IMG/VR virus record: IMGVR_UViG_3300036770_007539
Location: 124,001 to 188,000 of that record
Strand: one strand, 5' to 3'
DNA: 64,000 bases
A program made the position numbers and the translations under genes. This document shows, in pieces, positions 48,319 through 59,800 of this stretch (position 1 is its first letter; every line of letters starts with the position of its first letter). The notes below the pieces were generated by a model. That model ran no database searches. It was not told where the DNA came from and saw only the letters and a list, made by a program, of their open reading frames with translations.

Positions 48319-50034
48319 ATGCCATTAGCTGAGATTGCCCCAAATAAAACTAATGATGATTTAAGTCAAGTCGAAGAGAATATTGAAGTTTTATATTCTA
48401 CTTATCTTAGACCAATAGATCGAATCAGATCCAAAGCGTTGCCAATATTAGATCCGCCCAGCCCCAATGATATTGAAACTGATAAAGTTGAAAATTATTT
48501 AATTAAAGATTTTAAAGAAATAAATATAGATGTTAGTAAAAGTTTGGAGAGCAGAGCGCATGCTTTTTTCAGATCTTTGGGAATGCCGGTTGTAACTGCG
48601 GAAGATGGCTTTTATAGTCCTGGGTTTAATCCGAATCAAGAAGAAATTAAAAGCAGAGCATCAGTTATATCTTCATTTTATAAAAATAAAGAGCTTGTAA
48701 ATTTTATTTATGAAAGAGAGAAGAAGATATCTGAAAATCAATTTATTTTTTCAGATTCTACATCTGAATTAATTACTGTTGTTTATTCTTTAATAAGTAG
48801 ATATACTTTTCCATTTGCAGTTATTAATACTGATAAGGAAGACCACTTAGCCATTGATAAACAAAATATTGAAACTGATTCTAGAGATTTATTTTTATAT
48901 TTTTTTAAAATTGCCAATCCAGATTATTCTTCAGAGATTGACAGTTATGCTAAAAGATTTAAAAATATTTTTCATCCTATAAAACCATTTGTTGTAGACC
49001 CTAGGATAGAAAATGTTGTAACTCCTGCGGCAAATAAAATATGCGTCCCGTTCTTAAAAACAGGTAAAAATTCAGATAGACAAAATGATTTATTAAGACC
49101 TGGGCTAGAAGGCATTATAAGAATGAGATTAAAAGATAGTGAGTTAGATAGTGATTATTTAAAAAATATTGAAAATATATTAAAAAATAATAATAAAAAT
49201 AAAGCAACTACTACTATTGATTATCAAACTCTCTCGGTATCAGTTGCGGCATTGATGGAAGATTCTAAAATCCCTGATGATTTTAAAAGCTTTACGCAAG
49301 ATAAAATCAAAGGAGTTTCTGCCTTACAATTTAATATGATTGTCGTTTTGACAAAAACAATTAAATCATTAGTTAAGCAGCTTTTAGAGTCTCAAAAATT
49401 ATTAGATGAAGTTAATATTAGTATAAATTGGGTTCCTGTTCCACCTAAGACTGGACCTGAAACTTCTATTGGGTGGTCAATTTCTAAAACTTTCTATGGA
49501 CTATCTTTAGAAAAAGATTTTAAAATAAAAGAGTTAAAGTTAAAAAAGATAACTTCAGAAAACTTATCTAAGGATTTTGAAAAACTTGGAGAATTTGCTT
49601 TTCCTTTTATTAAAAATGAGTCTTCGGAATATACTAAAAATTTTGATAAAGAATTAAAAAAACTAGAACAATATAATTTAGAAGTATCTGAAAAAGGATT
49701 TTTAGCACTTAGGGATATTGAAATTATTAAAGGAGAATCTGCGGGTTTTGGTCTTATTGATGTTTTGGCTGTTTATTATGGATTATTTTCTATGGATATA
49801 AAGCATTTATTAAATTTAATAGATGATAGTTCCGTGTTTAGAATGTGGGAAAATGTGCCTGAATTTAGAGGAATTTCATCAGTTTCTCAGAGGTTTGATA
49901 CTTCGGCTGGCTCCAAAGAAGTGTTAGACGCCCTATTTGAATTAGAAAAAAAAGTATTTTTCATCTTAGACTTTGCTGATAAATATTATGAAGAGTGTTT
50001 GACAACTAAAAATTCTACAGACTCCAGCGCTTAA
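48319..50034 (+). CDS. Hypothetical protein (baseplate region)
   Basis: 571-aa ORF tightly packed in the operon; no recognised motif. Confidence 0.6.
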   Translation: MPLAEIAPNKTNDDLSQVEENIEVLYSTYLRPIDRIRSKALPILDPPSPNDIETDKVENYLIKDFKEINIDVSKSLESRAHAFFRSLGMPVVTAEDGFYSPGFNPNQEEIKSRASVISSFYKNKELVNFIYEREKKISENQFIFSDSTSELITVVYSLISRYTFPFAVINTDKEDHLAIDKQNIETDSRDLFLYFFKIANPDYSSEIDSYAKRFKNIFHPIKPFVVDPRIENVVTPAANKICVPFLKTGKNSDRQNDLLRPGLEGIIRMRLKDSELDSDYLKNIENILKNNNKNKATTTIDYQTLSVSVAALMEDSKIPDDFKSFTQDKIKGVSALQFNMIVVLTKTIKSLVKQLLESQKLLDEVNISINWVPVPPKTGPETSIGWSISKTFYGLSLEKDFKIKELKLKKITSENLSKDFEKLGEFAFPFIKNESSEYTKNFDKELKKLEQYNLEVSEKGFLALRDIEIIKGESAGFGLIDVLAVYYGLFSMDIKHLLNLIDDSSVFRMWENVPEFRGISSVSQRFDTSAGSKEVLDALFELEKKVFFILDFADKYYEECLTTKNSTDSSA

Positions 50035-50060
50035 ATCTATTAATTTTTAGATAAAATAAT

Positions 50061-50498
50061 ATGAGTTTTGATTTGAAAATTTTAAATGGGGATCTTGTAG
50101 TAGACTCTACTGGAGATTTAAAAAAAGTAGAAAACAAAGATAAGTTAATACAAGATCTATTGAAAATATGCACTACCCCAAAAGGATCTAAGAGAAAATA
50201 TCCTTTTTATGGATCTTTAATTACTAATTCTTTAATTGGATCTGCTTTCCCCGAAGATTTTATTAACACCTACGCAAGTTCTCAATTAAAAGATTCTTTG
50301 CAATCTCTTATAGATATGCAGGGGCTTCAGCAGAGATTTCAATATATGTCTCCCCAAGAATCCATTGCTGCTTTGCGCGAGGTTTCTATTAATAGATTTA
50401 CTGGAGATCCTAGATATTTTTTAATTTACATTTCAGTTATTAATAAAGCTTTTGATAGGGTGGATGCGCAATTTGAATTAAACACTACTGGATTATAA
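50061..50498 (+). CDS. Baseplate wedge / sheath initiator (gp25-like)
   Basis: DL.I..GDL, LIQDL...TPKGS...P.YGS. Confidence 0.72.
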   Translation: MSFDLKILNGDLVVDSTGDLKKVENKDKLIQDLLKICTTPKGSKRKYPFYGSLITNSLIGSAFPEDFINTYASSQLKDSLQSLIDMQGLQQRFQYMSPQESIAALREVSINRFTGDPRYFLIYISVINKAFDRVDAQFELNTTGL

Positions 50499-50635
50499 TT
50501 AAAATTTGTTAATTTTTAAAATTAAATCTTAAGTAATGTAAATTTGTTTTTAACGTTAAAAACAAGGCATATTGATATATTTTGTTATAGTTACATTTGT
50601 AAGTTATTTTTAATAATACTTTAAGGCAGATCTAA

Positions 50636-53600
50636 ATGGCTAGAATTCGTACATCCAGTGAAATTATCAGAAGCTATCTGGATTTTTATAGGACGGCTCA
50701 GCCCTCTTTAGATACTAAACCGGGAACCGTCACAAGAGATATCCTAATTGATGGACCATCTGATCAGATTTCTAGATTATATGATGAATTAAACAGCGTA
50801 TCTAATCTTCAGTCTTTGCGCCAGTCATTTGGAACAGACCTTGACAACTGGGCTCAAAATATAGGCGCTAGCAGGCGTAGAGGTGCAAAAGCTACGGTTC
50901 CTGCTTTGTTATTATTTGATAGCATTGACGCAGACATTCCTATTAGCAAAGGAGATTTAATTTTTGCTAAAAACGGATCTTCTTTTGCCGTATTAAATAA
51001 TATTGTTATTTCTTCTACTAAAGAAAGTCAGTATAAATCCACAGTATCAAAATACAGAGGCGACTTAGACTTTTTAGGATTTACTGAGGAGTATGCTTTA
51101 GAAGTTGTTGTAGAGGCAACATCTCCTGGTGAGCAAGGAAATATATCTAAATATAATTTAAACAATACAAATATTTCTGGAATTACTCATGTAACTAACG
51201 TATTTCCTGCGGGCGGAGGTCGTCCAGCAGAAACCGATTCTATATTTAAAAATAGAATATTGGCAATCTTTAGCGGCTCCAATACTGGAACATCTTTGGG
51301 ATATGAAAGTACAGCAAGAACAGATCCGTCTGTTATTGATGCTATAGTAGTTTCCCCTGGAGATCCACTAATGACTAGGGACGGAACTCAAGTATCGATA
51401 GCGGAAGATGGTACAAGAACAATTATTTCCGATGGTACTGGTGGAAAAGTTGATATTATTACTTATGGAGTTAGATTACAAGAAACCATAGATTCATTTA
51501 TTTACAAAGATAAAAGTAATACAGGGGACCCTACTAATTTTGCTAATGATTTTATTTTAGGGCAGGTTTCTGGAGACGAAAATAAAACGGTAACTAAAAA
51601 AAGAATAGATAATTTGGCATCTGGAATTCTTCCAAATCAGCCTACTTATAATATTGCTTCTGTTACTGGATCGTCTAGCGGACCTAATTTTAAAGCTATA
51701 TCCGTTGATTCTTTCGGTAGAATTTCTGGAAATTATGAATTAATTAAAGATACGGGAGCATATGCTGGATCTCCTTGGGGCTTTGATAGGTTGCGATGGA
51801 TTTCAAATACAATAGAAGATTATCCGGAAGATAAGAGTAAAATTAATTTTAATAGCCAAGACCCTTTGTCTTACACTGATATTTCTAAAATTGGAAGAAT
51901 AACTCAAAATATTGTTATTACTAATGAAAATAGCAAAACATCCCCTACAGACAGGACAATAATTCAACTAGCTCACAAGCCCGTAACAACAGTTACTAGA
52001 GTATTTAACGTTTCTACCGGGGAAAGATATGTAATAGCTAGCCAAAATCCAGATGGCACCGGCACTATTAACACCACTGGAAGAATAAAAATTACTGGAA
52101 AATCTTTACCTTCAACCAGTGACATCTTGCAAGTAGATTATACTTGGGTTTTTGATTATGATCCATATTGGGATTTTGATAATAGATTTTTTTCTTTCAA
52201 TGCTAGAACCGCAACAGATAGCGTTGACTGGGGATATTCTAATTTAGTTAGAAGAGAAAGGGGCGTCTTAGTTTCATCTGGAAGTTATTTATCTTTAGAT
52301 CTAACTCATAATGTTTCTTCTGTAATTAAAGTAGATGTTTTCTCTGAGGAAAATTCTTCCGTTACAATAACATCGGGCAAATTATCTGTAATAACATCTT
52401 CTGTCATATCTAATATAGTTTCAATTAAAAGAGTTTCTGATAATTCTGAACTTTGGGACACGCAGGATAATGACGGAACTATTAGCGGACTAACCGCTTA
52501 TTTGCCAACAGACACAGTTGCCCAATTCAATGATGCAGTAGTTATAATTTATAATGCAACTGATATTTATGGAGATACTGGGTCGTTTAATAACAATCAA
52601 TTAACAATTATCCCTTCAAGCTTAGCTGTTTCAGGGGCAATTGTTGAAGCTACTTATGTTTCTAATATTAACAACTTATTGCCTGCAACTTTGCTATCCT
52701 CTCTCCCAGCTATAAGAAGTGAAAATTATTTCTCAACTAACAGCGCCAATGTGATTGGTAATCAACCAACTTCTCATATATTTTCAGGTTTAAATATTGT
52801 TCAAAATCTTAGACAAGCCCCCTCTAATTTAGTTTTAACCATTACCGGTACAATTGTTCCAGGTACTATTACTTGCTCTGGCACAACAATTTTTAATTCA
52901 GGGGAAATTGTATTTACTGCAAGTAATTCTGGTTTAACTCATGATTTGTCGCCAGCCATTAGAACATCTCTGGGTTTGACATCTAGAGATTCTTTGCCTT
53001 CTAATATTAAAATTGGAAGATTAGTTCAATTTGAAAAAGTTGTAACTGATACCGGTTCTAATGTTTTAGCCATTATTAATTCGTATGATGTTCCAGGTTA
53101 CTCAATCAAAGATAATTTTTTAGTTAAATCTGAATCAGTGCAAAATACTAATTTAAATAATTTTCAAATTACCCTGCCTAGTACAATAGACAATTTAAAT
53201 AATGAAATTAATATTGGAGATAAAATTAGAGTAAGATTCTTTTTAATTTACATGAATGATTCAGAAAATGTATACTTTACTAGGTCAGGCACTCAATATA
53301 CACAAAAAAGGTTTGTTTTTGTTGATGCTATAGCCATTACAAGTGGATTTAATAATTCATCTTCTTCTGCGGCAACTTTAACTGTTAACAATTTAAATCA
53401 GCCACTAAATAAATCTAGATATAAAACTTTTTATAATTATTTAGCTCCTAAAAGCAATGAAAGAATAACTATCACTTCTAACTATAATAAACTAATAAGC
53501 GATGTTACTTTAGCTGTCGAGCAAAACAGACCAATTACTGCAGATGTATTAGTGAAAGAAGCTCAGTTTATATTAGTAGATGTAACAATGTACGTTGTTT

Positions 53601-53866
53601 TAACCGAGGAGTTTAAAAATTCTCCATCTGTAGTAAAGCAAAATGTTCAAGATACTGTTACGGCAGCAGTTAATTCTGATGCTTTGAATCAAATTATTGA
53701 CTCTTCAGATCTCATTAATACTGCATATACAGTGCCAGGAGTGGATAGGGCAAGAATTATATTCTTTAATGAGAGCGGAAAGACAGGCTCAGTGTTAAGT
53801 ATTAAGCCACAAAAAAATCAATATACCGTGGCAAATACTATCTCTATAGTTATAGAAGAACGATAA
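50636..53866 (+). CDS. Baseplate J-like wedge protein (gp6-like)
   Basis: D.KPGTV.RD, DLD..A.N.G..R, A..PG..GN, GG...ETD..F..RI; C-terminal VPGVD. Confidence 0.8.
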   Translation: MARIRTSSEIIRSYLDFYRTAQPSLDTKPGTVTRDILIDGPSDQISRLYDELNSVSNLQSLRQSFGTDLDNWAQNIGASRRRGAKATVPALLLFDSIDADIPISKGDLIFAKNGSSFAVLNNIVISSTKESQYKSTVSKYRGDLDFLGFTEEYALEVVVEATSPGEQGNISKYNLNNTNISGITHVTNVFPAGGGRPAETDSIFKNRILAIFSGSNTGTSLGYESTARTDPSVIDAIVVSPGDPLMTRDGTQVSIAEDGTRTIISDGTGGKVDIITYGVRLQETIDSFIYKDKSNTGDPTNFANDFILGQVSGDENKTVTKKRIDNLASGILPNQPTYNIASVTGSSSGPNFKAISVDSFGRISGNYELIKDTGAYAGSPWGFDRLRWISNTIEDYPEDKSKINFNSQDPLSYTDISKIGRITQNIVITNENSKTSPTDRTIIQLAHKPVTTVTRVFNVSTGERYVIASQNPDGTGTINTTGRIKITGKSLPSTSDILQVDYTWVFDYDPYWDFDNRFFSFNARTATDSVDWGYSNLVRRERGVLVSSGSYLSLDLTHNVSSVIKVDVFSEENSSVTITSGKLSVITSSVISNIVSIKRVSDNSELWDTQDNDGTISGLTAYLPTDTVAQFNDAVVIIYNATDIYGDTGSFNNNQLTIIPSSLAVSGAIVEATYVSNINNLLPATLLSSLPAIRSENYFSTNSANVIGNQPTSHIFSGLNIVQNLRQAPSNLVLTITGTIVPGTITCSGTTIFNSGEIVFTASNSGLTHDLSPAIRTSLGLTSRDSLPSNIKIGRLVQFEKVVTDTGSNVLAIINSYDVPGYSIKDNFLVKSESVQNTNLNNFQITLPSTIDNLNNEINIGDKIRVRFFLIYMNDSENVYFTRSGTQYTQKRFVFVDAIAITSGFNNSSSSAATLTVNNLNQPLNKSRYKTFYNYLAPKSNERITITSNYNKLISDVTLAVEQNRPITADVLVKEAQFILVDVTMYVVLTEEFKNSPSVVKQNVQDTVTAAVNSDALNQIIDSSDLINTAYTVPGVDRARIIFFNESGKTGSVLSIKPQKNQYTVANTISIVIEER

Positions 53867-53867
53867 T

Positions 53868-56800
53868 ATGGCAGTATTAAAAGCTTTAGAAGTTAAAGTT
53901 TTAAGTAGCACAAAGATTCAGGCTAAATTTAATTTAGAGCTTGATCCTTTGATTAATACATCTAATATATCTATCAGATCCAACGTATTTAATATTCCAG
54001 ACCCTGCTGTCTTGGAGGTCAAGGTTAGTAAAGATAAATTAACTATTTTAACTCAGCCTTTATTTCCTTACACTCAATATTTTGTAACTTTCAAGTCTTC
54101 AGATTTATTATTGTTTAAATCTATCAATGGCGTTTCCCTAGTGGAAGATGGAAAATTAAATGTATTTTTAATTTTAGGTGCGGAAGACCCTAGCAATCCT
54201 TTTAGAGATTATTTCTTATATGAATTAAAAGATGATCCATATAATTTAGATTATGGCACAATAGTTAGAGATATAATAAATGTTAACTCAGACTTTTTAG
54301 CTAATGCTCTTTATGATATACGAGAGCTTAAAAATGATAACTATTTAAGCAGAACTATTTTTAATGAATTAAAAACTAGGGGAGCTGGACCCGTAGACCG
54401 CTTATCCGAAGGCGGAGCATATGAGATAATTAAAGTTTCTAAAAATGCCGAAGGAAGATTAATAAATGATTCTATTAATTTTGAAGAGTTTCCTTCTTAT
54501 CCAATAACCTTGCAAAGAAAGGTTGTTTCATCAGAAAAGTTAACTCCCGGAAGTGGCACTTCTACAGTTAACGGTTTGTTGTTAAACTTAAAAAATAAAC
54601 CAATAACTGCAGTCAAATCTATTATTATTCAATATAGTAACTCTGGAAAATACATTTATAATATTTCTTCTTTGGGGTATCAAATACAGGATAATCGATA
54701 TGACCCTGATTACGCTTCTTCTTATCAATTATTAGAAGAAAACCAGGTATTATTATCTTCTTTAGTGCTAGAGGATGATAATTTTTTCACCCCTGTAGCC
54801 GGAGATATTGTTTATGTCTCTTATGAATATAAAGATTTGGGCAGAATTGTCAGCGAGGATTCGATAGAAGTTTATAAAATTTTAGAAATTAATAGAGAGG
54901 TCGTACCTCCAATCTTAAATTCCTTTTCGCTTCCTCATTATCCAATAGTAGATGAAGTTGGAAATATTCCAACATTTAATGGAATAGAATTTTTAGATCC
55001 TCTTTCCAATCCTCCTTTTTCTCAAACTCATCCTGCATTTATTAAAGAAATACCTTACAAGCTGGAAGGTCTTCCCAAAGCTGTTGGGGAGTATTCTGTT
55101 GATTATTCTACTGGATCTATTTATGTTTATGGAGCTGAAAAAAATGATGGAACTGGAGATTTTCCACCGGTAGTATCATACTTATATAAAAATTTATTTG
55201 TTAAAGAGTTAGATTATAATTATGATGAAGACACATATGAAGTTGTAAGATCTCCTTTGAGATTTTTAGAAGGCGATTCCGCTAAAATAAGTTTCTCTTA
55301 TGAGAAGACTTTAATTCCATATATTGATTTTATACCTAAAGTTCATACTGAAGTTTTAAATGAAAGAATTGAAAATAAATTTCTTTCCAATAACTCTTTT
55401 ATTGTCAACAATGCCCCAGTGACAAATGTTTTTAGAATATATAATGAAACTTCTGGGGAGGTTTATTCAGTTGATAGGTTTTCCTTTAATAAGGTATATT
55501 TTTCATCTAGAATATCTCCACAAGTTAATACAATCATTAAAGAACGAGCAGAATTTTCAAAAGTTGAAAATGAACTACTTCTTGTAAATGAAGAGCTAAC
55601 TAACTTATCTTCAGTTAAAATTTTTAAAATTAATTTACAAAATAATAAGATAATATCTTCTACTGAAGATTCTATAGGCTCTTCTTTTAATAGTTCTGTC
55701 TTTTTTAGTAGGACTGATATTTTCTCTACTGAATTGTATTATGATTACGTTAGTTTGACCGAAGGAAGTAATATTAATAAATTGTCTGTTGGTCAATATC
55801 TAATTAATTATCAAGATGGCATAGTATATGTTGGAGTTGATAATAATCAAGTTTATGATGTGGGAACAATTTCATATAAAAAACCATACATAAAGACTCA
55901 ATTTAGTCATATTATTGCTGTTAATAACTTATATAATAGCATTCTGCCAAATAAAATTTATAAAAATATTAAATATAATTCTTTCTCTGATTCTGAAATT
56001 TTACCATCAACTTTTGAAGTTTCAGATGAAAGATTTTTAAATCAAAGCACACTAAATCCATATATTGTATCTTCAAATACAATTACTGTAACTGATGATA
56101 TTAGTTATGTTAGGGGCGTGTACGATTTATATGATTTGAATAATAATATTGATGTTGTTAATTTTTCTGAAAATTATTCTTCTTCATCCAATGTTATAAC
56201 TTTGACTCCAATACAGAGAATAGTTTCTAGCCAGATATCTGCTGGATTAATTGTTTCATTACCATATGTTTCTCCGGGAGTAGAAATATACGAGGTTAAA
56301 TCTATAATTAGAAAATCTGACAATGTAGAATTATATGATACCGGTGCAATAATTTCTGGTTATGATATTATTTTATCAGGGGTTAATTCTCCTGTAACTG
56401 GAGAAGAAGTTACAGTTTATTATAGCATAAGAATGAATGGCTCTGCTACCCCAGTCGTTGATTATGCAAGGGGCGATCTTTTTCTTGATTATGAATATGT
56501 TGCAGATGAAGTCCTTGTAAGTTATGAGCATGGGGATAATTGTTTAGATTTTTCTCAAAGTAATTCTATTGATGAAGGCGAAGAATATTATGTTACTTAC
56601 AAGGTTGGAGCATTAAGAAATGCACTATTTAAAAACTTTGGTTCATTAGTAAATATTCCAATTTTAAATAGTTTCGATACTTCATTAGAAAGAGAAAGAT
56701 ACAGAGATGCATTGAGGGGAGCCTTGCAATCCTTTGCTAAAGGTCCAACTTTACCTTCTATGAAGTCTTTAGTTGAATTTATCACTCATATTCCGCCTGA

Positions 56801-59800
56801 AATTGTTGAAGCCGCTTTCGATAATTGGAACTTAAACATTGGTCATTTATACAATAATCAAATTGAAACAACTGGCAATCTTTTGCTTAGCCCTGGAAAA
56901 TTTGACAATGGTGTTTTAATTGAAAACGCCGATGAAACAATATCATTCCCAGTGTCTAACAATCTAAAATTAGAAGAAGGTACTTTAGAAATGTGGGTTG
57001 TTCCTAAGTGGAACGGCTTAGACAATGATGCTACACTAACCTTTCAAGTTCTAAAAGATGGATATGTATTGCCGAGCGATCATATTTTTATTGGAGCCGC
57101 AGGAAATCATCCAACGTTAGATCTTAATAATAAATTTTCTGTCATTAAAAATGATAATTCAATAGGCTTGCCAACAGCAATCTACACCAATATTGGCGCT
57201 TTTATTTTTTATGATGAAGACCAGTTCCGTTGGAAATTCTTAGTAAGAGATAAGATAAGTGACGGATATTCTTATCATGGAACAATAGAAACTTCTGGAA
57301 GTTTTTATCATGTTAATTTTATTGATGGTCTAGGCGAGTTGACAGATAAATTAAAAACAAAAAATTCTATTATTGAATTTACTTTCAATATAGATTCTCA
57401 GGACGAGTTATATCCAGACGGCTACGTTGATGGCTATGCAGATGGATATGTAGATGGTTATGATGGATATTCTGATGGATATTATCCTTTAGATGGATAC
57501 GTGCCAGGTTATTCCTTTGACGGTATAAGATTCATGTCCGATAACGAACATTATTTATTTGATTTTGGTAATGAGTCTTATAAAAATAGATTCTCTTTAT
57601 TTAAAGATGGCTCTGGTTATTTAACTTTTAGAGTATACGATAATGGATCATTTGATAGAATTAACAAATATACAGTCAGTGCCGACATTTCAAATTGGAG
57701 AGCTGGAGAATCTCACCACGTTGCTATTTCTTGGAAGTTGGCAACAAAAGATAAAAAAGATGAGATGCATTTATTTATTGATGGCATAGAGATTCCAAAC
57801 ATCATTAAGTATGGCGGCAGACCAATTTCTACATTAACAGATCGGTTTAGGACGGTAGTTCCAGAATATGTACTAGGAACTATTACTCAAAAGATAATTA
57901 CATTTAATGATTTAAATACTGATGGAAGTAATCTTGTATATTCCGACAGTATTAATTTTACTTCAGAAGGAATTGTTCCAGGGGACATTTTAGAAATTAA
58001 AGAATTGGGATTGGGTGCTTATACCATATCTTCCGTTTCTGGTAATTACTTGACTTTAACAAGTGCGGTTCCTTCAGTGCTAAGCAATGCACGATTCACA
58101 ATAAATCCATATTCTATTATTGTATCTTCGGAAATTGATCTTTATAAGAACTTTACAGTTTCGCTTTTCAGTGGTTCTTCCGAAGAAGAACTACCCGGAC
58201 TAAGAGCTGATATTCCAGGCTATGAGATTAGTAAAAACTTTTTAAATCAAAATATTTTAACTATTTTGGGAAATGCCAATGTTGGAGATCAGGTTGTTAT
58301 TAGGACATTAGGGTTGAATTTCCGAAGAGCCAGAGAAAGAGTTTATGTTTGGGGCAACAATTTAAATATATTAAGAACACAGCTGCCATCACCAATCAAT
58401 TTAGACGAAGTAAAAATATACCCAGTCATTTTGCCAAAGGTAGCTATTGGACCAAGTAATTCTACCTATTCTTTAGGTTTGTTTAATTTTACTACGTCAG
58501 ATATTTCTCAAACTTCTTCTCCTTTAGAAGGAAGAACTTTGGCAATAAAAGTATTTTCTGGAAATGTTGATTTTTCAACTCCAGTTACGGTAGTTATTAA
58601 TGGCACAACCAACTCTACACCTAATGAAACTTTAACCTTTAGTTCAGCAGGGACACAATACACAACTAAAAAATTTACCAACATTACATCTGTGGATGTA
58701 ATTGCTAAGCCGTTTAATCCGCTAAAAAATTCGGCAATTGTTGAAATTAAAGAAAAGTATACTATTACTTATTCCGAAGGAAATTCTGTTTTTCCAGTTA
58801 TTAGGTATTCTTACAAAACTCAAACTGGAAGTACTTTATCTGGAAATTCTGGCTCTTCTATTGTGGAAGATTTAAATGGATATTTTGTTTTTTCAAATAT
58901 AGATCAGTCCTTAGTTATCTCTTCACCTATAAGTGTGGCTGGCACTTATCAAATTGTCAATAAGCTTTCCGATAAAAGCATAGAAGTTTTCCCTGCCCTT
59001 CCTGCAAGTTTTTCTAATGGAATCTATGATATTTTTAATACATCTATTAGCCGCTCAGGTTTTGCTAATGGATTTTTTACATTAGAGACTGCTGGTCAGG
59101 TAAATGTTCCATTTAATTTAAATAACGGATATTATGATTTTGATTATTCTGTTAATTTAGAAATTCCTTTTGATCCATTAACAAATGATAAAATGTATAT
59201 TGGATCTAGTATTCATGGTGATTGTCAGGCGTCTTCTATTATTGATGAATTGAGAATTTTATCTACAATGTTAACCGATGTCAGAATAGGCGAGACTTTA
59301 ATATCTGGAACTGAAAGTGTAACTATAGACGCTGCTAAGATTAGACCATTTAGAAAAAATAGTGACACATTAACTTTGATTCACTTCGATGATAAACCAT
59401 TTAATAATGATTCAGATTTTTGGATTTCATCTAACAAAGAATATATTCAATCAACATCTAGTGTTAACAGTGATTTCGGAAAGTCTTTATTAATTAAAGA
59501 TAGACCTTTAATTTATGATAATTTAGGATATCTATCAACATCTTCTCAGGGTACAATTGAATTTTGGGTTTCTCCAATGTTTGATACTGGAAACGACCCA
59601 GAGTATAGGTTTTATTTTGATGCCGCCGCATTGACCACGGAAGATTTGATTTCTACTTCTAAGGCAAGCATTATATTGAATAATAGAGCGTCTTCTATTA
59701 GTTCTATTTATGTAGAAGGTGATAAGAAGAACTATGCAGCTCAAGCTGTAATACAATCAGATTTTAAAACAGTAAAATTGAGCATTCCATTGCCATATCA

